Notes: a model not told the origin generated them from the letters alone. A stretch of 64,000 nt of DNA from Octopus sinensis (GCF_006345805.1 NC_043014.1:44268001-44332000); one strand, 5' to 3'; positions 1-11,154 are shown, counted from the first letter of the stretch. Numbers and translations are program-made.

Positions 1-375
1 GACCCCAGTGCGTCCCTGGTACTTATTTAATCGACCCCAAAAGGACGAAAGGCAATTCTCAACTGGTAATTATTTTATCGAACCCGAAAGGATGAAAAGA
101 AAAGTCGACCAAGGTGGAATTTGAACTCAGAACGTAGCGGCAGACGAAATACCGCTAAGCTTCCCGAATCGTTAGCTCGCCGTACAAATTACTCAGCGGC
201 GTTTCGTCTGTCTTTACGTTGTGAGTGGAAATTCCACCTTGGTCGACTTTTCTTTTCATCCTTTCGGGTTCGATAAAATAATTACCAGTTGAGAATTGGG
301 GGTCGATGTAATCGATTTACCTCCACTCCCACCGAACTTGCCGGACTTTGTGCCAAAATTTGAAGGCAATGTTAA
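1..375. mobile_element. Two SINE family B copies head-to-head (1-183 minus, 191-375 plus)
   Basis: Family B consensus GGCGGCGAGCTGGCAGAAACGTTAGC..GTTCAAATTCC..GTCGACTTTGCCTTTCATCCTTTCGGGGTCGATAAA..GTACCAG, with Pol III B-box-like GTTCAAAT. Confidence 0.85.
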
Positions 376-615
376 AATAATATCTAACTTCAATATTGAT
401 ACTTGTAATTCCTTATGCATCCTGCATAACTATAGTTTATGTGAGAGCTTGTGTGCGTGCGCGCGCGCGTGTGTGTGTGTGTGTGTTGTGTGTGTGTGAG
501 TGTTGTGTGTGTATGTGTGTGTGCATGTGTGTGTATTGTATGCGTATACGTTTGTGGACATTCATCAGGTTTTGTTGTTCCACAGGTGAGCCGCTGTTAT
601 TGATAATCCAGATAT

Positions 616-672
<57 letters not shown>

Positions 673-687
673 ACACACACACATATA

Positions 688-718
<31 letters not shown>

Positions 719-1039
719 ATATGCATATACACACGCACATGCATGTATATACATGTGTACAAATACACGATCTTATCTACGATAAATGTTATGAATGGCG
801 TAGGATCCGGTTTCAAGGCTTTGAATGGATGAGTCGTAGATGCAACCGGGATATGACACACTCTCAAGTGATCGGGTTACTTATTACCGAGAGTTACGAC
901 AGTAAAACCAAATGCTCTGCCAAAATATACAAATATACAAGGAAACACATGTACTGGAATGGAACTGGAGACATGGCCACATTTAACAGGCATCTCACAT
1001 CTTCCGAGGTATGCACAGAGTGTAAATAAATGAAACAAG

Positions 1040-1250
1040 TATGTAGTGGTTAGGGCAGCGGACTTGCGGTCGGAGGATCGCGGTTTCGATTCCCAGACCG
1101 GGCGTTGTGTGTGTTTATTGAGCGAAAAAAACACCTAAAAGCTCCACGAGGCTCCGGCAGGAGGTGGTGATCCCTGCTGTACTCTTTCACCACTCTAAAG
1201 GCGGTGCTCCAGCATGGCCGCAGTCAAATGACTGAAAGAAGTACAAAAAA
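1040..1250 (+). mobile_element. SINE: family C tRNA-like head fused to a family A-type tail
   Basis: AGTGGTTAGGGCAGCGGACTTGCGGTCGGAGGATCGCGGTTTCGATTCCC..CTCCACGAGGCTCCGGCAGG..GGCGGTGCTCCAGCATGGCC. Confidence 0.85.
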
Positions 1251-1324
1251 AAAAAATTTTTTAAATATATACATACATACATACATACATACATACATAC
1301 ATACCTTATATATATATAGGAGTA

Positions 1325-1753
1325 GGCGTAGGAGTGGCTGTGTGGTAAGTAGCTTGCTTACGAACCATATTGTTCCGGGTTCAGTCCCACTGCGTGACAC
1401 CTTGGGCAAGTGTCTTCTACTATAGCCTCGGGCCGACCAAAGCCTTGTGAGTGGATTTGGTAGACGGAAACTAAAAGAAGCCCGTCGTATATATGTATAT
1501 ATATGTGTGTGTGCGTGTGTGTGTGTATGTGTGTTTGTGTGTGTGTTTGTGTGTCTGTGTTTGTTCCCCCAACATCGCTTGACAACCGATGCTGGTGTGT
1601 TTTCGTCCCCGTAACTTAGCGGTTCGGCATAGGGGACCGATAAAATAAGTACTAGGCTTACAAAGAATAAGTCCTGGGGTCGATTTGCTCGACTAAAGGC
1701 GCTACTCCAGCATGGCCACAGTCAAATAACTCAAACAAGTAAAAGAGTAAAAG
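1325..1753 (+). mobile_element. SINE family A (tRNA-like head, CORE-like CCTTGGGCAAGT motif, internal TA/GT microsatellite, GTAAAAGA tail)
   Basis: GGCGTAGGAGTGGCTGTGTGGTAAG..GGTTCAGTCCCACTGCGTG.CACCTTGGGCAAG..CCAGCATGGCC.CAGTCAAAT.ACT.AAACAAGTAAAAGA. Confidence 0.9.
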
Positions 1754-1937
1754 ATATATATATATTTATACCAAGGTAAGCATAGTTAGCGTTTGTAGTA
1801 ACCGACTAAGGGATAATAGTATCCGTATATACTATCGGTATCAATTGCCTGTGTTATCTCAGGATATGGGTATGCAGGCACACTATGCTCATAGGGTATA
1901 ATTAACAACAGAATAAATATAAGTTTATCAGGAATCA

Positions 1938-2096
1938 AATTTAAATAATCAGAAAATGAAGAAAACTTTTGATCAACAAACAAATTGAAATCGGTTGATT
2001 ATTTTTTAATTCAAAATATGACAAAAAATAATCAACCGATGTGGTTCAGTTTGTTTGTTTTTGATCAAAAATTTTCTCCATTTTCTGGTTAGTTAA

Positions 2097-2099
<3 letters not shown>
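1938..2099. repeat. Imperfect AT-rich inverted repeat
   Basis: Arms 1938-2007 / 2023-2099 with an exact core ATCGGTTGATTATTTTTT / AAAAAATAATCAACCGAT. Confidence 0.7.
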
Positions 2100-2179
<80 letters not shown>

Positions 2180-2188
<9 letters not shown>

Positions 2189-2657
2189 AAATATTAAGGA
2201 ATAAATCAAACTTACAGGGAAAAATCAGATTTAGGATTGAAACTAATTTTATATAGTAAAATATTATATCTATTAATTAGAGATAAAACCATTATTAGGC
2301 AAATCATACAATGAAAAACTTAAGCCAATACATAAGATTAATTAATTTATATTATTTAAAATATATATCAAAATTATTAAAAAAAGATAATGAGTATAAC
2401 ACTACGATCGTTTCATGGCTGTCCAATTCGTAATAATTCGAGTAAACCTCGCTAAGATAGATATTTCAATCACCTGAAGATTGACTGTAACTCGAATTAT
2501 TACGAATTGGACAGCCATGAAACGATCGTAGTGTTATACTCATTATCTTTTTTTAATAATTTTGATATATATTTTAAATAATATAAATTAATTAATCTTA
2601 TGTATTGGCTTAAGTTTTTCATTGTATGATTTGCCTAATAGTGGTTTTATCTCTAAT
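2180..2657 (+). mobile_element. Fold-back AT-rich element with hammerhead and 168-bp inverted arms
   Basis: Arms 2276-2443 and 2490-2657 are reverse complements at 167/168 positions. The terminal motif GGAATAAA.TC.AAACTTACA.GG recurs at ~10830 (opposite strand), ~27715 and ~61850. Confidence 0.7.
2471..2533 (+). ncRNA. Type I hammerhead ribozyme candidate with long stem II
   Basis: CAC / CTGAAGA (2474-80) / stem II TTGACTGT..ACAGCCAT (6 of 8 paired) / GAAA / palindromic ACGATCGT / GUA / GTG closing a 3-bp stem I. Confidence 0.65.
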
Positions 2658-2894
2658 CTAATATAATATATATATATATATAAACTTAGATATGTTTCGA
2701 CCAAAGATTGGTCCAGGCCATGTCTAACTTAATAGCACCACCTGATTAGATTATTTGAATCCTGTTTAAGTCAAGTTTTGTTTATGGTCCATTCAAGTAG
2801 TGAGTTATTGTTGGGTGAGTTGTATCCAATTATGGGTGGCTTATCTGGTATTCTTTGAAGGAATCTATCCAGATATACATATATATATACATAT

Positions 2895-3127
2895 ACTCTT
2901 TTACTCTTTTACTTGTTTCAGTCATTTGACTGCGGCCATGCTGGAGTACCGCCTTTTTAGTCGAGCAAATCGACCCCAGGACTTATTCTTTGTAAGCCTA
3001 TTACTTATTCTGTCGGTCTGTTTTGCCGAACTGCTAAGTTACGGGGACGTAAACACACCAGCATCGGTCGTCAAGCGATGTTAGGGGTACAAACACAGAC
3101 ACACAAACATATACACACACACACACG

Positions 3128-3159
<32 letters not shown>

Positions 3160-3320
3160 CATATACGACGAGCTTCTTTCAGTTTCCGTCTACTAAATCC
3201 ACGCACAATGCTTTGGTCGGCCCGAGGCTATAGTAGAAGACTCCTGCCCAAGGTGCCACGCAGTGGGACTAAATCCGGAACCATGTGGTTCGTAAGCAAA
3301 ATACTTACCACATAGTCACT

Positions 3321-3323
<3 letters not shown>
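2895..3323 (-). mobile_element. SINE family A
   Basis: Reverse match to the family A consensus. Confidence 0.9.
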
Positions 3324-3361
<38 letters not shown>

Positions 3362-3364
<3 letters not shown>

Positions 3365-3570
3365 CCACAAGACCTGAAATTTTGTGAAAAGTTGCAAGTC
3401 GATTACATCATCTCCGGTGCTCAACTGGTACTTTATTTTATCGACCCCGAAAGCATGAAAGGCAATGTCGATCTCGGAGGAATTTTGAGCTCAGAATGTA
3501 AAAGCGGGCGAAATGCTGCTAAGCATTTTTTTATGTATACAGCGTACTGAAGATTCTGCCAGCTCGTCAG
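3362..3570 (-). mobile_element. SINE family B, diverged
   Basis: Matches family B body and head in reverse. Confidence 0.8.
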
Positions 3571-3600
3571 AAGAAAAGCAAAATAGAATAAGCAAGCTTT

Positions 3601-3662
3601 TTATCATCATCATCATCATATCATCATCATCATCATCATCATCATCATCGTCATCATCATCG

Positions 3663-3696
<34 letters not shown>

Positions 3697-3707
3697 CATC
3701 GTCATCA

Positions 3708-3744
<37 letters not shown>

Positions 3745-3919
3745 TGTTGTTGTTGTTCAGAAATTAAATGGGTTGTTTTTAAATACCTTTTTTTACCATT
3801 TTGTTTTACCAACTCTACTTTGTTTCCTCATAGATATTGCGCACAATTAAAAATGTGGTGCACTACAACTGCTGCTGCTACTACAGATAAAAACTACTAC
3901 TACTACTACACTACTACTA

Positions 3920-3950
<31 letters not shown>

Positions 3951-4035
3951 GCTACGGCTGCTGCTGCTACTGCCACTACTACTACTACTACTATGCTACG
4001 GCTGCTGCTGCTGCTACTACTACTACTACTACTAT

Positions 4036-4090
<55 letters not shown>
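3601..4090. repeat. (CAT/CGT)n and (ACT/GCT)n trinucleotide arrays
   Basis: Source of the poly-S/Y/L/V ORFs. Confidence 0.95.
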
Positions 4091-4325
4091 ACAGAAAGAC
4101 GTGTTGGAATTGTGCTGCTGATGGCAGAAAACCCAACATATGGTGTACATGTATAGATTTATATAGATAGAAAGATAGATAGATAGATACATACTTACAT
4201 ACATACATACATACATACATACTGCAAAATATATATATATATACATACATACATGGATGTGTGCGCGCGCGCGTGTGCGTATTTGTGTATTGTGCACTCA
4301 CGCACACACACATATACACACTCAC

Positions 4326-4357
<32 letters not shown>

Positions 4358-4876
4358 ATATATACAGGTGTAATGCGAAATAATGGAAACCTCAGTTTTT
4401 TTATTTAACTACTATTTTCTATTTTCTATTGGCAATATGACAAGTTCAAAACTGCTCTGGTCGGTACATATGTGTTCATATGCTTTGTGTCCGACTTGCA
4501 TTTCATAAAATAGCCCTTTTTTCTTTTCTTTCTTGCTTTGCTTTTTTCTTCTTTTTTTGTTTTGCAAATACTTAAGTTTAAATAAGTTAAATGCGGGACT
4601 AATCTTATTTTCAAATAGGATTTGAAATTTGAAACGCTGATGCCTGGAGATACAGTCCTGAATTGTTCAATGCTTCGAAAAGTACTGCCTCTAAAATCAC
4701 GTTGGCATCCGAAACCAAGGTCAAACCAGCTCTGGCAAGCACAATTCTGGACGGAAAACAAAGCTCACAGAGAGGATTCGCAGAATAGTGAAACGTATTG
4801 TCTCTACATAGCAGAGTTATCGCCAAGGATTATTTGAGTATTTTGGCTGGCCATGCCCATCCTACAGTACGAACTT

Positions 4877-5082
4877 CGGATGTTTACCTTTTTCTGACCT
4901 ACAGATTTAAAAAATAATTTTTTGTAACTAAACACTTTCAAACTTCGGACACTGGTAGAATGTGTCATATGAAATATTTTTACTCTTAGCATTTTTGAGA
5001 AAAACTTATATTTACGAAGTTATTTCACGTTAAATTTCTCGTATTTTGGTTATTTTCAACCAATCAATGACGTGTATTCAGC
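4877..5082 (+). mobile_element. Fragment of the same long-TIR family (another at ~58030-58258, minus)
   Basis: AACTAAACACTTTCAAACTTCGGACACTGGTAGAATGTG..AACCAATCAATGACG. Confidence 0.7.
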
Positions 5083-5094
5083 TGAATAAAATTG

Positions 5095-5138
5095 TGGTGA
5101 TGGTAATAGTCGTAGTAGTAGTGGTGGTGGTGGTGGTT

Positions 5139-5215
<77 letters not shown>

Positions 5216-5246
5216 GGTGGTGGTGGTGGTGGTGGTGGTGGCGGCG

Positions 5247-5281
<35 letters not shown>

Positions 5282-5282
5282 T
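5095..5282. repeat. (GTA/GTG)n array
   Basis: Visible. Confidence 0.95.
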
Positions 5283-5915
5283 ATGGACCATTTTTCCGTT
5301 TTTTTGTGAAATTAAACGAATGATGGAATGTTACATATGACCCCTGAAATATGGAATGATTAACAAACGGCGACCAAGAAGACGAAATGACAACCTGAGC
5401 GTTCATCGAACGAGTTTAAACGGGTGCATTAACCTAGTCTTGACTTAATAGTGCCTAGCAATTTACAACAAGCCTCGCTGATTCTAAAGGTTGGTTACTT
5501 ATTAAAATACCCCGTATTTTCCTCTTCCTCTACCCGTTTATCTGATCTTTCTGTTCCTCTCATTGCTCTAATCCTACCATTAACTCTTGCTACCGCATAA
5601 ACTTTACCATTTCTCTGTTGATGTGCCCCCACCCCGATACTAAGTCACACACGCTGCTATTTTCCCACTATATTAGTTTTAGTTCGTATATGAAAATTAT
5701 ATTAAAATTAGCTAATTAGCCGTGAGGTGTGGAAAATTCATTTATCGGTTTTTGGTTTTGTTGAAGGTGTCTGATTTATTTTATAATTTTTTTTATTTTT
5801 TATCAGCCAAGTTTTATGAATTAGCTTTTGCCGACGCAAACCACCGCCATTTTCCTCGGATTTTGGATCTTAACCTTATTTATTACATTATACCAACCTC
5901 ACCAATTCCACACTA

Positions 5916-6315
5916 ATACTTATTTAGAGGCTAAATACAGAGGGGACAAACAAGGACAGACAAACGGATTAAGTCGATTACATCGACCCCTGTGCGTAAC
6001 TGGTGCTTAATTTATCGACCCCGAAAGGATGAAAGGCAAAGTCGACCTCGGCGGAATTTGAACTCAGAACGTAGCGGCAGACGAAATACCTATTTCTTTA
6101 CTACCCACAAGGGGCTAAACATAGAGTGGACAAACAAGGGGTTTAAGTCGATTACATCGACCCCAATGCGTAACTGGTACTTATTTAATCGACCCCGAAA
6201 GGATGAAAGGCAAAGTCGACCTCGGTGGAATTTGAACTCAGAACGTAACGGCAGACGAAATACCGCTCAGTATTTCTCCTGGCGTGCTAAAACGTGTCTG
6301 CCAGTTCGCCGCCTT
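5916..6315 (-). mobile_element. SINE family B dimer
   Basis: Two tandem bodies joined at GACGAAATACC|TATTTCTTTACTACCCAC (~6090). Confidence 0.85.
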
Positions 6316-6984
6316 CTACTCTACTCTACTTTTACTTCTATACGCCTTTGAGATGTAATGATTTAGCATCTACTCGCCATGTCCGTAAACAGAAACTACG
6401 TTTTAGAAATCTCTTATCTCTCGACGTTTACTCAATTGACCTTAATTATGATTATGCTGCCTGTGAGCTATGTTGTTATTTTTTTAAACGTCTACAAACA
6501 TTTGGATGAATACATTGTACTATAGTATCTCTGTTGGGGATTATATATTGTTGAGTTTGGCGAACTGTAACTTTATCTCTTGGTGGAAGTGGCTTCATCG
6601 AGAGTAGAGGTTGTTGTGCTAATTGATGTCTGAGTGGATTCTTGCGGATATTTTATAAGTTTTTTTTCTTTTTTCTCTCTCTCTCTCTTTTTCAAGAATG
6701 TGTAAGAAAGCTTTTGTTGATAGTAATATCCAGAATTGAGACTTTGTTAAGAAAGTTTTAAAAAATGTGTTAGTTGTGGGCGTTTATAATTTGCATTTAA
6801 GATAGGCGGATCGTAAAAACATTTTCAAATTAACTGTCTGAACTTTGGCAATATTTGACTATAATAGATTGTGTTTTATAATTCAACGCAGCACCGCGTT
6901 ATAAAGCAGACTAAATACGTATCTAAGTGTTTGAGACGAGCAGAGTTGGAACATTTCCTTTTAATTCTCCCAAGAATTATTAAA

Positions 6985-7218
6985 TAAGAACCAGTAATAA
7001 TGGTGCTGAATTAGGCAGAAGGCCAGTAATTTTGAGGAAAGAGAGTAAGTTGATTCCATCGATCCCAGTACTTGACTGGTACTTTATGTCACGACCCTGA
7101 AGCAAAGAAAGGCAAAGCTGACTTCGTCAGGATTTGAGTTTAGTACATTAACATCCAGAACGAATACACTCTCGAAGCATTTCTCCGACGCTTTAACAGC
7201 TTTGCCAGTTCACCGCCC
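6985..7218 (-). mobile_element. SINE family B, old
   Basis: Degenerate match (CCCAGTACTTGACTGGTACT..GAAAGGCAAAGCTGAC..GCCAGTTCACCGCC). Confidence 0.7.
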
Positions 7219-7592
7219 GGTTCTTTTCGGTTTGACCGGCAGTTTTTAACTTAATTTCTAGGTAACTAAAAAATTTTAAACTTCGTATACTGGTAGAATG
7301 TGTTTATAAAACATCTTTTTCTCTTGGCTTTATAGAGAAAATTCTATAGTTTGTAAGATATTTGTTGTTTTTTTCTTCAATTTCTGCAATTTCAACCAAT
7401 CACTGACGTATATTGAGGTAAAAAAAAAACATTCTGTGCCGTCTGAATATGTCCCTCGTTTAAGAAACAGATTGAGTTTATTTACATTTGTGAAGAAAAA
7501 ACGATACCCTTCCCCCTAACCCTAACCCTAACCCTAAAACAGATTGAAATGCAATAGATCGATACTAGGGTCATAATTATGGGTGACAATTA
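7219..7592 (+). mobile_element. One-armed member of the same long-TIR family with (CCCTAA)3
   Basis: Shares AAACTTCGTATACTGGTAGAATGTG..CTCTTGGCTTT..AACCAATCA with the 9141 element. Confidence 0.75.
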
Positions 7593-7594
7593 TT

Positions 7595-7870
7595 AGGCCG
7601 ACTTTGCCTTTCATTCTTTCGGAGTCGATAAATTAAGTACCAGTTGCGTACTGGGGTCGATCTAATTGACTGGCCCTCCAACAAAATTTCGGGCTTTTTG
7701 CTTTGAGTAGAAACGTATATTTACGTTCTGATTTCAAATTCCGCCGAGGCCGACTTTACTTTTCATCATTTCGGGATCGATAAATTGAGAACTATTTGCG
7801 TACTGGGGTCGATCTAATCGACTGGCCCCCTCCCACCAAAATTTCGGGCCTTGTGGCTAGAGTAGAAAAG
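7595..7870 (+). mobile_element. Two partial SINE family B copies
   Basis: Two GACTTT..TTTCAT..TTTCGG..GATAAATT..TACTGGGGTCGATCTAAT blocks. Confidence 0.8.
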
Positions 7871-8314
7871 AATATTTAACCAGATGATAGATTTGGAATG
7901 CAAGTCAAAAATAGAAATGTCTATTTTTTGGATGGGATTCCGCACGGTCTTTATTTCTGTCTACTGAATTGCATTCAAAAGGGTTTGATTGTTCTGAGGA
8001 TATAGTTAGAAATACCTTACCGATGCCGCCTCGCAGTGGGATTGAACACGAAGTTGTGCACTTTCGAGGTGAGTTTCTTTACCGCACAGCCCTACCTGAA
8101 ACCCAGTATTCGTACTGTACATCAAGCAGAATCCAGTATTGTGGTCTCCCTCCATCTGGAATGAGGCGATGAGGCGGAGATGTTTGGACGCTGATGATTT
8201 GGCATGGTTGAAGGGACACATCAGCTTGTTTAGGCAGCAGTTTGGCACTGGAGGCATACACACATACACACATACATACACGCACACATGGGTGCAGTAA
8301 TATGTACATTCAGA

Positions 8315-8542
8315 AAGGCGGCGAGCTGGCAGAAACGTTAGCACGCCGGGCTCAATGCTTAGCAGTATTTCGTCTGCCGCTACGTTCTGAGCTCAAATTC
8401 CACCGAGGTCGACTTTGCCTTTCATCCTTTCGGGGTCGATTAAATAAATACCAGTTACGCACTGGGGTCGATGTAATCGATTTAGTCCCTTTGTCCTTGT
8501 TTGTCCCCTGTATGTTTAGCCCCTTGTGGGCAATAGAGAATT
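8315..8542 (+). mobile_element. SINE family B, near full length
   Basis: AAGGCGGCGAGCTGGCAG head to CCCCTTGTGGGCAATAGAGAA tail. Confidence 0.9.
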
Positions 8543-8708
8543 GAATATGTACATTCAGATAAGGAGAGCGAAAGAGACAGAGAGACGGAGGAGAGGGAGT
8601 GAGAAAGAGACATATAGAAGAAAAAGAGAAAGGAGAGAACAAAAATAACATAGAAATATTAAAATTCTAAATATCTCATAGAGATATGAACGGTGGTGGA
8701 GCGATAGA

Positions 8709-9045
8709 GTGGTTGTATACTGTCAACTTAACGTGACAGTGTTGTAAGGGAATTACACCACCGCTGTTTAGCCCTAGGAAGCATCGACTTCGTAGAAGTC
8801 TAGACAGATATCTTCAGCTAGCAGGCCTCTGCTATTCTAGACTGATGATGGGCAAGACCCAGAAACATGCATGTCTCTAGATGCAGGCCTAGCTGTTGGG
8901 GGTGTTTGTCTCTCCTTCGTAAATATATAAGGACACAGGAAATGTGTCAAGGCCGACAGGAAGCGTCGATGCTTCCTAGGGCTAAACAGCGGTCGAGTAA
9001 TTACCTTTACGGGACTGTCACGTTAAGTTGACAGTATACAACCAC
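8709..9045 (+). mobile_element. Fold-back, hammerhead-carrying non-autonomous element (Penelope-like/retrozyme-like)
   Basis: Inverted arms ~8709-8791 / 8961-9045 with perfect blocks 8709-8740/9014-9045 and 8760-8788/8965-8993, enclosing the hammerhead; no ORF. Confidence 0.65.
8836..8881 (+). ncRNA. Minimal type I hammerhead ribozyme, intact consensus
   Basis: Stem I TCTAGA 8836-41 / TCTAGA 8876-81; core CTGATGA 8842-48; stem II TGGG/CCCA with loop CAAGA; GAAA 8862-65; palindromic stem III ACATGCATGT 8865-74; GUC cleavage triplet 8873-75. Confidence 0.85.
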
Positions 9046-9140
9046 AAAAATAACATAATAACGAGAGAAGCATTAAAACTGAGGTTACATAAGCCAATGT
9101 CGAAGCAGCTGCACCAAACAGGTTCTTCTAGAACATCTTA

Positions 9141-9791
9141 GGATCTTTTCCTTTTGAACGGCAGACAATTTCTAGTTAACTAAATACTTTAAAACTTCGT
9201 ATACTGGTAGAATGTGTCAAAATAAAACATTTTTTTCTCTTGGCTTTCTTGAGAAAATTGTAATTTGTTTGTTTAACGTAGTTTAATTTTTCGAATTTTA
9301 ACCAATCTTATGCTCTCTTTTGAGCTAAAATCATTTGCTGCGTCTAAAACTGAGACAACATCCTGTAACTAACCCTAAACCTCCCCCTTAACCCTAACCC
9401 TAACCCTAAATTTTTTTTTCTTAATTGTTAAATCAATTTAATTGTTACGCGTGTAAAAGAAACTAAAGCAATGGAATTAAATTAATTTAACAATTAAGAA
9501 AAAAATTAGGGTTAGGGTTAGGGTTAGGGGGGAGGTTTAGGGTTAGTTACAGGATGTTGGTCTCAGTTTTAGACGCAGCAAATGATTTTAGTTGAATGGA
9601 GGTAATCGATTAGTTAAAATTGCCGAAATGCTCGGATTTTCAGACGAAATATCTTACAAACTATAGAATTTTCTCAATAAAACCAAGAGAAAATGATGTT
9701 TTATAAACACATTCTACCAGTATACGAAGTTTAAAAGTGTTTAGTTAACTGGAAATTGTGTTGACATCTGCCGTTCAAAAGGAAAAGAGCC
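9141..9791. mobile_element. Long-TIR non-autonomous DNA element, almost wholly palindromic, with internal (CCCTAA)n/(TTAGGG)n
   Basis: Termini GGATCTTTTCCTTTTGAACGGCAG / CTGCCGTTCAAAAGGAAAAGAGCC; outer arms about 80% identical, inner ~110-bp arms (~9320-9435 / ~9485-9590) near perfect. No TSD seen. Confidence 0.8.
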
Positions 9792-10299
9792 ACGTCTTAT
9801 ACCCCACCTTCATCTAAGAACGAAAATCGTAAGAAGATTACAGTAAGTGAAATGATGTATCTCGACTAAGAATCGAACCTGTGACGCCCGACTCGAACTA
9901 CATTAGGAACTAACCTGTTCTCTTACATCGGCCGTACTTTTGTTAAGGTTGCATGCTGAGCGATATGTATGATGCATGTTTTATGGTATTTTCTGCCCAC
10001 CATCATCTCTGACTTCAGTTCCGCGCTGGAGCGACGAACATCTGTGGTTTTTTTTGGCAATTACTGTTGGAATGTCTTAACAACAACTGAACTGCTTAAC
10101 ATACCATGCAGTCGTATTCAGCTGGCAATCGAGTGACACTCACACTACAGGGAGTAGAGTAGACTAGACAGACAGACGGGCAGACAGACATACCTAGAGA
10201 GAGAGTCGGGCCAACAGCATGCATTCATACATCTACACAGACACACACCTTGTTTCACATTTATGTGTTTACTCCGGTATATATATATACTCTCTTTTT

Positions 10300-10662
10300 T
10301 TTTTACTCTTTTACTTGTTTCAGTCATTCGACTGCGGCCATGCTGGAGCACCGCCTTTAGTACTTATTCTATCGGTCTCTTTTTGCCGAACCGCTAGCTG
10401 ACGGGGACATAAACAAACCAGCATCGGTTGTCAAGCAATGCTAGGGGGACAAACACAGACACACAAACATGTACACATACACACATATATATATACATAT
10501 ATACGACAGGCTTCTTTCAGTTTCCGTCTACCAAATCCACTCACAAGGCATTGGTCGGCCCGGGGCTATAGCAGAAGACACTTGCCCAAGATGCCACGCA
10601 GTGGGACTGAACCCGGAACCATGTGGTTGGTTAGCAAGCTACTTACCACACTGCCACTCCTA
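10300..10662 (-). mobile_element. SINE family A
   Basis: Reverse match. Confidence 0.9.
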
Positions 10663-11106
10663 TATATATTAAATTAGAGATAAAACCACTATTAGGCAAA
10701 TCAAACAGTGAAAAACATAAACTAAAACATAGAAATAAAATTAATTAATATAATATACAAAATATATAATTTAATATATATATATTTATACTGTAAAATT
10801 AGATTTAATCCTAAATCTAATTTTCCCTGTAAGTTTGGATTTACTCCCTAATATTGTTATGATATATATATTTATATACACACACATACACACACACAAA
10901 CTCACAAACTGATAATCATTTTATGTAAAGATTAATTTTTATGTGTATATGTGAATATCTTTTACTTGTTTCAGTCGTTAGACTGCGGCCATGCTAGAGC
11001 ACAAGTATGCATGTGTATATATGGATATATATGTGTATATATGTAAATATATGTGTGGGGGGAAGTATGTGTACACACATACACACACACACAGGCACGC
11101 GCGCAC

Positions 11107-11154
<48 letters not shown>

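Noticed and set aside
721-1029. 102-aa ORF with non-repetitive C-terminal half
   Set aside because: It starts in a microsatellite, has no recognisable motif and no convincing splice context.
7990-8020. CTGAGGA..GAAA hammerhead-like spacing
   Set aside because: Only a 2-bp stem II, no stem III or cleavage triplet, and it lies in a decayed family A SINE.
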